Shown: in pieces, positions 53,075 to 64,000 of the stretch
How the letters are laid out: each line of letters starts with the position of its first letter
Position numbering within the stretch: the stretch's first letter is position 1
Assembly: GCA_023515725.1 (NCBI GenBank)
Contig: JALDTO010000212.1
Location: 186,001 to 250,000, forward strand
DNA: 64,000 bases
Direction: 5' to 3'
Source: Amoeboaphelidium protococcarum X5
Lineage: Eukaryota > Fungi > Aphelidiomycota
Translations under genes and position numbers: made by a program
The notes under the pieces: generated by a model
What the model saw: the letters and a program-made list of their open reading frames with translations, nothing else
Told to the model about the DNA's origin: nothing
Databases searched by the model: none

Positions 53075-56000
53075 ATGAAGAAGGTGTTTATTGTTTCAGC
53101 GTTAAATTAGATTCTTGCATAGAAGAAGGCTGTCTCGCAGTACTCTTAGAATGTGCAGTCTGTTTTGAAGGCGTTTGAGCCAAAGGATGCTGAGAACGAT
53201 GTTAATATCCTGCATCAACTGGCGGAGGTTGTCATTGAGTTGGTTAGTAGTAAGAATCCTCAGTTGGTATTGTACTCTTTGGATTTACTAAGTAAAATGC
53301 TGCAGTATGATGCTGAACACTATGAGAAGTTTAGTGCCAAGTTTTTGGAGGTTATAGAGTTGGCATCCACCCTGAATGACGAGAAGATCCAATTGCAGAT
53401 CTTTAAATGTATTCAATCTGGTGCTGCTTAGTGGCATGAGCATACACTGTTGAAAGCCGTTCGTATCATTTATAATTTCTACTTGCTGACTGGAAGTAAT
53501 TCTCATGCTGGTGGTGTGGCTCAATCTACTATAAGTTAGATCATATAGAATGTCTTTGGTAGGATTGAAATACCGGAGCAGTACAAGGGTGATTATACAT
53601 CATTCTTGAAGAATTAGAATAGATCTGAATTTGAAGAGGTTATTAAAGGTGCCAAGTAAAAATAACAATAGTAATAGTCTCCACCAGAGAACATTGATAA
53701 TCCTGATAATGTGGTTCAAGTTGCAATTAATCAAAGCAGTGGCGATCATGCCATTAATGATGATAATGCTCCATCTAGTCCTGTTAATGAATTGCAGCAG
53801 TCAAATGTTGTTAGTCCATAGAGTGAAGACAGTTAAGCTGAGCCAGTGACTGCCGCCTCAATATAATCTGGTCCTCTTGGTGAAGATGGATCCAATTCAG
53901 ACTAGGATGACGCTCGCGCTGTTGCATCGGGCCTGGTGAATGATATAGTGGAGCGTACTGTAGATCCTTCTAAAGATACTGAGGATTATAAGAAGCCAAT
54001 TTAGTCAGAAGAACAGTAAAAGAGTTTGGCTTAGGATAATAATATAGAGAAAGTATTGTGGCAGTCTGCAAAGTTGTCTCCTAATAGTGCAGTGGCTAAT
54101 GAAGAGGACTAATTATAGGCGGTCATTGACGTGGAAGTTGAAGTCAGTTAGCAGATGATGGTTTACTTGGAAGATGCACTGTTGTTGTTTAGAGCGCTAT
54201 GTCGCCTTTCTATGAAGACTTTGCCGGAGGAGAAGAATGACAGATAGTCGAAAGACAACTTTATGATTGCTTTAAAGTCAAAGATTTTAGCTTTGGAATT
54301 GTTGAACGTTATCGTATCTGATCATTTTAATGTCATATCGTCTGTTATTCCTATTACAGTTCTGGATGAAAGTGGCAAGGATGGTGAGATGGTAAACGAC
54401 TCCGCGGGTACCACTGGCGCTGGTAAAGACTCGGCGGCAAGTAGTACGTCATTCGTTGAGTCGGTCAGGCAGTTCCTATGCGTGAGTTTGATAAGAAATG
54501 CAACCAGTCTGGTATCGGATGTTCTCGATCGATCTTTGGATATCTTTGTCTAAATAGTCAAGGGAATGCGCCATCATTTGAAGAAGGAGATTGAGTTGTT
54601 CATGTATGAAATTGTCATTGGCCTACTGGACAATAACTAGTCTCTTGCCGGCGTAAAGAGCGGGTCATTTACAATCACGTATCACCAGAAACTTGCTTTG
54701 ATCAAACATATTACCCTGCTGTTTTAAGATGCTAGAGTTCTTGTAGATATGTTTGTGAATTATGATTGTGATCCTGATGCTCTGGATAACATTATCGAAC
54801 GTCTAGTCACCTATCTGAGTAAGCTGATTGGCAGAAGTGATTTGAAGCTGATTTTACCACAGAGTGGAACGGAGAAGGGAAATGGTGTATTGACCAAGGA
54901 TACTATCAGTTCCCTAGTTGGAGTTGGGAATATTGATGTCGGTCGCTTCAGTGTCCGTCAGTCCAGTAAGGGAAACATATTGCAGGGTAGAGCTAGAGCA
55001 GGTTCCAATGCTTCTGCAGTCAGTAGTTCCAATGTCCCCTCTACTTATTAGTCAGCTTCTGCATCGAACAATGCTCAGACATTATCTTCTGCGTACAAAT
55101 AACAACAGTCTATTCTGACGTAACTTGGAGTTCTTGGATAGGAACGGGAGAATAGTATAAAGTTTAGAGCTCTTGAATGTCTGGCCACGATTCTGGATAG
55201 TTTATTGTTGTGGAGTAGAGGTGCATTTGAGCAGTAGTCTGTTAATGCTTTGAATATGGCTGATAATGTGGAAAATGCCGTAAGTCCAGTGACTTCTACT
55301 AATCAAGGGAATGGATTCAATGTTGGAGAAAGCACAGGAGCAGGTGGAGGTTAATTATAGCAGTAATAATCAGTAATAAAGGGAGAGGATGATTTCAATA
55401 GATTTGAAGCAGCAAAGCACCAAAAACAAGCAATTAGAGAAGGTGTCTAGTTGTTTAATTGGAAGTACAAGAAGGGTCTGCAGTTCCTGATCGCTAATAA
55501 TGTCATTTAGAAGAATCCGCCGTCTATAGCTTAGTTCCTCCTGAGAACTCCTGGCCTCAACAAGAAAGTAATTGGTGAGTATCTGGGTGAGGGTGAGGAA
55601 TTTAACATTACTGTTATGCATGCGTTCGTGGATGAACTCCAGTTTGATAAGTTGTCCTTTGTGGAAGCTCTAAGACTGTTCTTGTAAAAGTTCCGTCTGC
55701 CTGGTGAAGCTTAAAAGATTGATAGATTTATGCTCAAGTTTGCGGAGAGATTTCATCTACAGAATCCTGGTGTATTTTTAAATGCAGACACAGCATACGT
55801 ACTGGCGTATAGTGTTGTAATGTTGAATACTGATCAGCACAATCCTCAGATCAAGAAGAGGATGACCAGGGAGGAGTTTATCAAAAACAATAGGGGCATC
55901 AGTGACGGTAAGGATTTGGACCCGCAATTCCTTAGTTCTATATTTGATGAGATATCCCAGAATGAGATCAAGATGAAAGATGAAGAAGGACTAGCAACAT

Positions 56001-59000
56001 TGAAAAAGGCTAGCTCGGCTGATTTTGAGAGCCTGAGCAGTAGGTAGAAGAGGGAGGCCATCATGAGAATCAGGTAGGATATTTCTAACAAGTCTGATGC
56101 TGCTGTCAGAGGCTTTGTTGATAAAGCCAAGAAGACTGGTACTTCTTCTCCTTTCTACAGTGCTAGACATACGGAGCATGCCAAGGGAATGATGGAATCT
56201 TTCTGGATACCGATACTGGCTGGAATATCAGCGTCACTCTAAGAATGTGATATGAACGATCTGTAAACTAGCCAGTTGGCCTTGATTGCTTTCAAATCTG
56301 CAATATGTATCTGTTGCAATTTCAGCCCAGACTTGTCTTTATCAAGAAATGCTTTTGTATCCACACTGACAAAGTATGCGTACGTTAGTCATCCAACAGA
56401 GTTTTTGAGTAAAGCCAAGAGTGTGTTATGCATCAGCTGCCTTCTGGATTGTGGTTATATATGTGGCGATGGTTTAGGCGAGTCCTGGGGTGATGTGTTG
56501 AGATGTGCCAGTAATTTAGAGCGCGTTGTTGGTAGAGGAAATGATCCGGCTCATTCTATGATCCTTGGAGTGGGTGTTAACATTGTCAACTCTTCTTCAG
56601 ATGGTAGTGCTAGTTCAAAACATACTGATATGCATCGGAAGTAGAGAGATGCACACAATGAGGAGATGGATCGTCAAATGTCAGCTCAGGATAAGATTAT
56701 CATTGAGTCAACTGCATAGGCTCTTCTAGTCCAGGTTGATCGTATCTATACATCGAGTGTTAGACTTAATGGTTCATCTATAGTGGAGTTTGTTCGATAT
56801 CTGAGTCAAGTCTCTATGGAGGAGATTCAACAATCCACTTCATCATCTACTCTGACTACAGTGCCGAGGATGTATAGTCTTACCAAGTTGGTGGAGATCA
56901 GTTACTACAATATGAATCGTATTAGATTGGAGTGGTCTAATATCTGGACAATTCTAGGCGATCATTTTAATGTAGTTGGATGTCACGCTAATCAACACGT
57001 TGCCTTCTTCAGTGTAGACTCTCTGCGCCAGTTGTCAATGAAGTTTCTGGAGAAAGAGGAGCTTGTAAATTTTAAGTTTTAAAAGGATTTTATGAAGCCA
57101 TTTGAGTATATTCTGATGAAGAATTAGAGTCTGGTGATCAAAGATATGGTTCTTCGTTGTGTTCATTAGATCATACAAGCCAAGGCGGTCAGTATCAAGT
57201 CTGGTTGGAAAACGTTATTATCTGTTCTTAAGACTGCGGCCAAGGAGCCTCAGGAAGCAATTGTGAATTTGGCATTTGATTCGTGCAAGTTCATCTTTAA
57301 TGGTAAATTTATGGAGTCGCTGGTGCAGAACAATGCTTTTGAGGATTTCGTCAGCTGCCTGGTTGAGTTTGGACGTAATGGCGTTAGTAATAAGATCAGC
57401 CTTCTCTCTGTGGACATGCTTAATTAAACAGTGACCAAGGTGATGGTAGTTATTGAGCAGATTAAAAAGGGCAAAAAGACTTTGGACATTGTGGTCGCAT
57501 AATCTGCCGCTTCAACAGAGGCCGATTCTGCCTTGCAATAGTAGCCAGCAACTGCATAATCAATTCAGAATGTGAACAAATCAGCCACGACTAATGATGA
57601 TCCGATAATGCGCTTGTGGTTCCCCATCTACTTTGGTTTCTATGAGATGATTATGACTTGTGAGTTGGAGAGCAGGACTAAGGCGCTAAAGTATTTATTT
57701 GACACTTTGAAGGAACACTCTGCAGAGTATACGCCAGAATTTTGGGATGTTCTGTCTAGAGGCGTGCTGTTTCCCATTTTTGATGATCTTAAGCTGACCA
57801 GGAGCGAGAAGCGGAAGTTTGAGAACAGAGAAGATATGACCGTATGGCTCAATACTACTCTGATCCAAGCGTTGAGGTAGTTTGTTGATCTGGTGTCATT
57901 CAGCTTTGCCAGTCTAGAAAGTATGATGTTGGACGGAGTGTTGGATCTTATTAGAGTGTGTTTCGGTGTGCCGCAGGAGAATGAGACTCTGGCCAAGATT
58001 GGTAGTTCATGTCTGCAGCAGCTGATCGAATCTAATGTCGATAAGTTGACAACAAAGCATTGGGACAAGATTATTGACACTATAGTGTTTTTATTTGAAT
58101 CCACCACGGCGTCAAAGTTATTTGAACCGGATTTCTAGTAAGAGGTATTCGCGCGAGCAGAGAAGAAATCTGGTGATTAGCAGTAGTCCTTACAGTAGTA
58201 ATAGAAGCATTCTAGAACTGTATCGGTTGTATCTGAATAGAGTCTGGACTCTCCTTAAAATGCGAAACAGCAGTCAACTGAGTCTCAGTAATAGTAGCAG
58301 GACTAAGAGCAGTAGTCGTAACATGCAGAATAGAGTTCAAATGACGTGTAAGATTCAGATTAGGTGTCTCATAGAAAGAGTCGTCACATAAAGAAAGACT
58401 TTCAGCAGATCATCATAAAGAGTGTCTTGCAACTGTTGGTTATTCAGACTGTGAGTGATCTACTATCTGTGTCTAATGCCGTTCCAGTGTATAAGTATCT
58501 AGATGGACAACATCTCTCTCGTGTTCTAAAGTGTTTTCAGGAGAGCTATGAGTTTGCCAATAGATTCAATGGAGAAATGTAGTTCCGCGTGGCTCTATAT
58601 AAGATTGGCTTTATGAACTAGTTGCCCAATCTCTTGAAGTAGGAGACGACTGCGATTAGTTGTCTATTGACTAGTGTACTGCGCATATATAATGGGGTCC
58701 ATGGATTATCAAGTGATACCAGCAAGTCTGAAGGAGCTAATGGGGGGATTAAAGACCCTGAAATGGTTCAGTACGCGGAAGATTCTATTTGCAAGTATTC
58801 GGTGGCAGTGTTGACGCACTTCAATTCACTTGAGCCTCAAGTTAAGCAGAGAAATATTCAGACTTGGACTCCAGTTGTTGTCAAGATTCTGGAAGGACAT
58901 TGCGCCATGTCTGACGCAAAGTACAAGTTTAATATTCCCTTGATTTACAAGCTAGTGTTGGAAGTAATATCAAAGCATGATCTGGCACAAGACTTGAGAC

Positions 59001-59098
59001 GGGCTGTTTTTGAATGTCTGGTCAGAGTGGATCAAGTATTTGGTATTTCCAATTCTGTCACTTCTAGCCTTAATGGACTATAATAATAATTATAATGA
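53075..59098 (+). CDS. SEC7: Large ARF-GEF, Sec7/BIG1 family
   Basis: ~2000 aa. FVNYDCD (HUS box), FRLPGEA(TAA=Q)[34 protein letters not shown]. Confidence 0.96.
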
Positions 59099-59216
59099 GT
59101 AGAAACTGAATGAATATGAATAAATTATCATAATAGGTAATTTACACTGTTTTTGGTCATTCACAATATCCCGGAATACTCTAATAGATGTTGATATACA
59201 GTATATTACCATAGAA

Positions 59217-60948
59217 TCAATCCAAAGATCTTTCAACAACATTTGAAGGAAACATACCATAAGATTTCTTACTTCCGATTGAGAGCTCTCCATATAGCCA
59301 ACTGGGTTCCGGTTATCCCATTACTGTCACATACTAGCCAGCATCCAGATGTAATTCATCCGAATTAACTGCATCGTAGTTGTATAAAACTTTAGCTTTC
59401 CACGGCAGGCCACTGACCTTGCTGCGGTCCAACACATTCTACGCACCTTTCTTGTCCGCGCCATTACCATTAACACTAGGTGTTAGACTGGGAGCAGTAG
59501 GCTGTGGAACAAAATCAGTATCAAAAGGATTATAGGACATACCTGAAGCAGGACTGGCGACACTTGCTGGTTCCTACTTGACATTATCCACCACTGAAGA
59601 AGAAGCAGCAGCAGTGGGAATAGATGGCAATTCCTCCTCCATAAACGGATTGAAAGCATGAGTCTGTGCGATTGATGAAGCATTGACAGCCACTTTGTTC
59701 ATTGGAGATGCAGTATTAATCGCAGGTGTAAACTGCTGGTTAAGAGACAGATCACTGAAATCTTTAACATCCTCCTTGAATGGATTAAAAGAATTCTACT
59801 TGCTCATACCAAAAGTGTCCACCGCATTAACTTGCGACTGCGTTCCATTAACTTAACTTTGACCAAAATTACCGGAAGCCACTCTAGATTCTTATTCCGA
59901 CTTCCCAACACCGGACGATGGTAACAGCGATGACGCTGGAGTTCCCATTTTAGCCGGTGTGATATTTTAACCATAAGCGCGAAACTCTGGAGCAGGCGGA
60001 ATGGTATCACCAGTCCGCTTGCTTTTAACATATAAAGCTATATCATAACTGATGTTACACTTTTCCAATACTTTACGCATATTCTCACACGAAGCATCAT
60101 CATTCACACTAACTTGAGAGTAAGCGTTAGAGTACGTCCACAGACATCCACGCAAGAAATCCACTCTCTACTCTTCCAGTTGTTGAAACTCTTCACACGC
60201 ACCAAAGAAGTCTTTAATCCAGGTGGTATGTATATCGCGCATCTTATCACACGCCTGAGCGTACTCCTACTCTGCTTATCTGGCCGCAAGCTGAGCTTTA
60301 CTAATCTTCTAATCCAACTTATCAGCCTCTTTCGCTGTTGCTGTATTCCTCTACCTTTACAGAGCTTCCAACTCGGCACTTCTCTATCTGTACTTTTCCT
60401 CGCACTTGCTCAGTATAGAGTGCTATGAATTCTTAGCCTTCAAAGCCTTCTCCACCACAGCCTACTGCTCCTTCCTAGAATCCCTCTACTGATCAGTGAA
60501 TGCCTCCAACGGTTTCAGACACTTTGCCTTCAGCTCGTCGGCCAGGCTCGTTCTGTTTCGCGCGTGAACTTCCATTTCGTTTCTGAACGATTCCATCGCA
60601 TTGCTGAGCGACGAGATTCCGTACGGATTCGTGTCCTGGTGGTCTTGCTTGATGAGGTCCGTCATCACCTGTGACTTGGCAATCTTGCCCAACTTCTTAG
60701 AGTACTCCTCTTCCAAATCTATTCTCTGCGAAATCATAAACTAGAGTTCTTAACACACATGCTCTACATGTGAAAATTTGTTATTATTATTCAAGTTTAT
60801 GATTAATTATTAAACAGTTTAGTAAACACTTACTTGCGAGTTTCATCCTCTCCAGCAGAGTATCGTAACCTTTATTGTAGTCTTCTCCCCAAAAGGACTC
60901 ATTAAACCTGGGAACATCTGCCTATTATACACTCTAATCAAATGGCAT
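59217..60948 (-). CDS. F-BAR plus C-terminal SH3 protein (Cdc15/Imp2/Hof1/PSTPIP-like); intron ~60764-60834
   Basis: FNESFWG..GYDTLLERM, RIDLEEEYSKKL. SH3: AKVLYNYDA...DEL...WLYG...GMFPSNVV. Confidence 0.9.
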
Positions 60949-61168
60949 ATCTCTCCTTGTTTATCCTATCTATACAGTCAGTAATGAGTGCTTGTAAAAT
61001 GAAGGTGATGATGATGATGATAATAAGTTCCAGGGCGGTTTGAAACAAAGAACAAACTCTGCGAAACTTCAAACTGTCGCTGAGAATGAACGGTCGCCCA
61101 ACAGCGCCTGATTGGGCAAAGTAGAAATTCGTAAGCAGAAGATCATGGCGATACATGGTGTTAGAACA

Positions 61169-61885
61169 TCATTTATTAGCGACAATTTAGGCTTCAAGAT
61201 TACTCACAGGTTATACCTTATCTTGCTAATCTATTTCACCATCTTAAAGAGATGTCGAATTCTTATTACTGTTCCTATGCTGATGATACTTGTACCATCC
61301 ACCGCCTTGATATCGCTCGTAAAGATGAGCAATCGTGAGAAGTGCCAGAGCTCCCGCCGAAATCAAATATCCAACCACACCAATCGCACCCAATGGCTCG
61401 CCGTGTTCTTCATATCCAGGACCGCTAAATTGCTGCTTTTATTACTTTTACGATGATCTTCGACGCGATGTATTATCAGAACGATACTACGAGTTCCGGT
61501 TCAATTAAGATAATGATAATGTCGATGATGATGATGACTACTAGGAAGGCTGTGCATGTCCACCATCTTGTTTTTGATCATCTATCGGGAAATCGCGTTC
61601 AAAATGAGAAGGGAAATACTTGGTCATCCAGCCGGGTGGTGGCAGTTTAGATTCGGGCGGAGGTCTGATTGCAACCACAGCAGTACTGGGCATTGAGGGA
61701 GGTTTATGGAGGACAATATTGGTGTACCGACTAACAGGACGCGCGGCATTCAGCACTTCAGCTTCCGCGTTCTAAGAGTTAATCAACGATATCGAATCAT
61801 CTTTACCACTCTTAATAACACTAGAATAACGTCTCTAATTCTTTCCAGCGCTATATACTTGAAGTCTTATTACCCTATTGTACAT
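61169..61885 (-). CDS. Hypothetical single-pass membrane protein, possibly mitochondrial
   Basis: 238-aa ORF with basic N-terminus (RRYSS) and hydrophobic segment LGAIGVVGYLISAGALALLTIA. Confidence 0.6.
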
Positions 61886-61985
61886 CTTATGATCTAACTA
61901 GTGATTGAGTTGAAGAACGGTAGAGAGGCGAGCCCTTTCTTGACAGAACGCGTAAGAAAATATCATCATCGCGTAATATCATATA

Positions 61986-63521
61986 ATGACGGCGATAGGT
62001 AGTAGTAAATAAGGCATAAAGTATCAGCGAGTATTCTGGAGTACATTAGGAATTGGGGTATTATGTGGCGGTAGCTATGCTATATATACTCGATTAGCTT
62101 AATAGTAAACTGGTAAAGTCAATGATTAATCAAAGACTTCTGACGGCGATGGTTTAAATACGTAATACAACTTAAGTTCTGGCAATTCTGTGACTACGAA
62201 CGGTTAAACTGAAAATAATCAGAACAAGGTCAAATATGGTGAAGATAAACGCGATCACGGTCTTGAGGTTCTTGTTCAGGGTGTGAATGCTGGTAGATAT
62301 AGCCTCACCGGGTTTGATGATTAAATTTTAAAGACTGGAGTTGATCACTTTGCAGTTAATCATCACGGCGGTATTATCACTGATAAACGTGGTGTTTTGT
62401 ACAAGTGGCTATGGAACAATTCAGCTAAATCATAGTACTTGAATAAATCATCATCATCGGCAGTAGATGCTCCATTAGAGAAGCTGAGCGAAGTTTCATA
62501 GCGGTGGTGGCACAGTCCCGTAAGTTGGTTCTCCCGCAGTGGACGCGTCCAGTCATTATTTAAAGTTGGTGAGGATATATTTGCAATTCATAAAGATTAG
62601 TCAATCATAACAAAGTATGAAGCGGATAATCTAATTGAGATTGAAAAGTTAAAAGTTCCGTTCAAAGTTCAGAGTGTCCAGATAATGGGCAGTGGTGGAA
62701 ACTTATCACTCTACATCTTGTCAGTTGATGGAAAGTTGTATCAGGTAAACTCCAAATTTGAGGTATAGAAGTAGTTACCAGCGAATTTCAAAATTTCATC
62801 TTTATCGTGTGGCGCCAAGCATTGCATTGGTCTGACTGATGATCAGCAGCTGTATGGCTTTGGCTCAAATGAACATGGTCAACTATCGGAGCCACTTCAC
62901 ATCCACTCTATCGATATGCCTTCTATTCTGAGATCTTTCTGGTGGAACATGCCAAAGAATTTCACCAGTTCAGAGGTTGTGAGCAAATGTGTAGACGCTC
63001 AAGCTATTGGAAATGTCTCTCTAATATCCCTATACACACACGGAAGTAGTAAGCGCAATGATAAGACGTTACATGATTCATTCTCTGTGTGGTCCATTGG
63101 CGATGGATAGTCTAGTTTACTTGGTCAATCTAATGCCTAGTCCAAGTAATTTGAACCGAAAAAGATTAGATAACTGTCGGATTAATCGCAATATGATGAA
63201 GCCAAGTAGCGCGTCGTTCCTATAAGAATAAGTGAATTTATAAAGTCCTCGACTCATATACTAGCCGTGATGAAGACTTGTTTAGAATCATCAACCACTT
63301 CCCCATAGTTTGGCAATGATGTTTACGGATGGGGAGATAATGCACGTGGTCAATTGAATTAGTCATCTCGTGGCAGTATACACGGCCCAACACTGCTTTA
63401 ATCTCCTATATACGAGCTGAATGTTGATAGAATGTAGGTTCATTAAAGTGCAGATCAAAAGAGCATGCAGATAAGAAAGCTTGCAGTTTGCAATGGCATG
63501 GTGGCTGAACTGGTTTACTGA
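61986..63521 (+). CDS. RCC1-repeat protein with N-terminal TM (Fmp25-like)
   Basis: SCGAKHCIGLTDDQQLYGFGSNEHGQL, VYGWGDNARGQL. 511 aa. Confidence 0.8.
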
Positions 63522-63644
63522 TCTTGTACTATCACGTAATTTATTTAGTGACTACTGACATCACATCTACAGTATAGCAGAATGAAGTTATAATAAAGTT
63601 GAGTATTATCAAAATAAAATATTCATTTCACTTAAGCCATTAAA

Positions 63645-64000
63645 TCATAAAATTATACATCCACTCGCACTACTGATGGCCTTCTTTTTAAAAGACTCTC
63701 TACGCTTACGCGGTTATTATTACTCCTCTTCATCTGGTGTGGACGTTGTTGATGATGATGATTAACTTTCACCCAGAGAGGAAGATGATACATTATTATT
63801 ATCAGTTTTCGGAACCTCTAGCTATTGAACCACTGGAGTTGGCTGTACCTCGACTGCTGCTGGTGGTGTTACAGACTCTGAAGATGCCCCAAGGCCTTCA
63901 TCTTCTGGCTATAATTTCGTAGTCTCCTTCTTCTCCACTGGAACAACTAGAGGGGTCGCCACTTGCTATGGCTATTCCGATACTGCAGGTGCACATTGAA
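63645..64000 (-). CDS. 3' end of a gene encoding a prenylated protein (polybasic plus CaaX), partial
   Basis: Ends ...QQQPRKRRESFKKKAISSASGCIIL-TGA. Confidence 0.7.

Noticed and set aside
1888-59098. Mass pseudogenisation suggested by the fragmented ORF track
   Set aside because: The interruptions are TAA/TAG, several at conserved Gln sites, and frames stay intact in essential genes.
59217-59330. Apparent frameshift in the SH3 domain (track ORF 59090-59293)
   Set aside because: The SH3 reads through in one frame with TAA=Gln (MGQPEPSWLYG). The track ORF is an off-frame artefact.
1-64000. CRISPR array, rRNA or tRNA genes
   Set aside because: No repeat-spacer periodicity or recognisable structural RNA seen by eye. 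tRNAscan and Infernal were not run.

Overview
Compact, intron-poor eukaryotic nuclear DNA from a fungus-related lineage that reads TAA/TAG as Gln and uses only TGA as stop (translation table 6). This fits the aphelid Amoeboaphelidium protococcarum, an inference from the code plus fungal-type genes. The supplied standard-code ORF track is therefore fragmented. Re-read with table 6, the window holds about 28 mostly intact genes, including PSMB4, an ABCA half-transporter, TOM20/SET, SprT, Sds23, Utp5, a CLoG1-like protein, a secreted prolyl oligopeptidase, GatC/F, GDH, GYF, an HNH nuclease, Spt7, CPSF160, PIG-B, a P5A-ATPase, AMMECR1, EMC5, JmjC, Sec7, F-BAR/SH3 and an RCC1-like protein. The main result is a Fanzor (eukaryotic TnpB/OMEGA) locus at 23.9-29.2 kb. 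A 2.75-kb TA-flanked element with 28-bp TIRs carries a decayed Fanzor1 and a predicted omegaRNA, from which a guide and TAM can be read. A second, divergent, truncated Fanzor lies just outside it, followed by an intact plant-type HNH nuclease gene. A second notable result is an in-frame optional intron that can fuse TOM20 to a SET methyltransferase domain.
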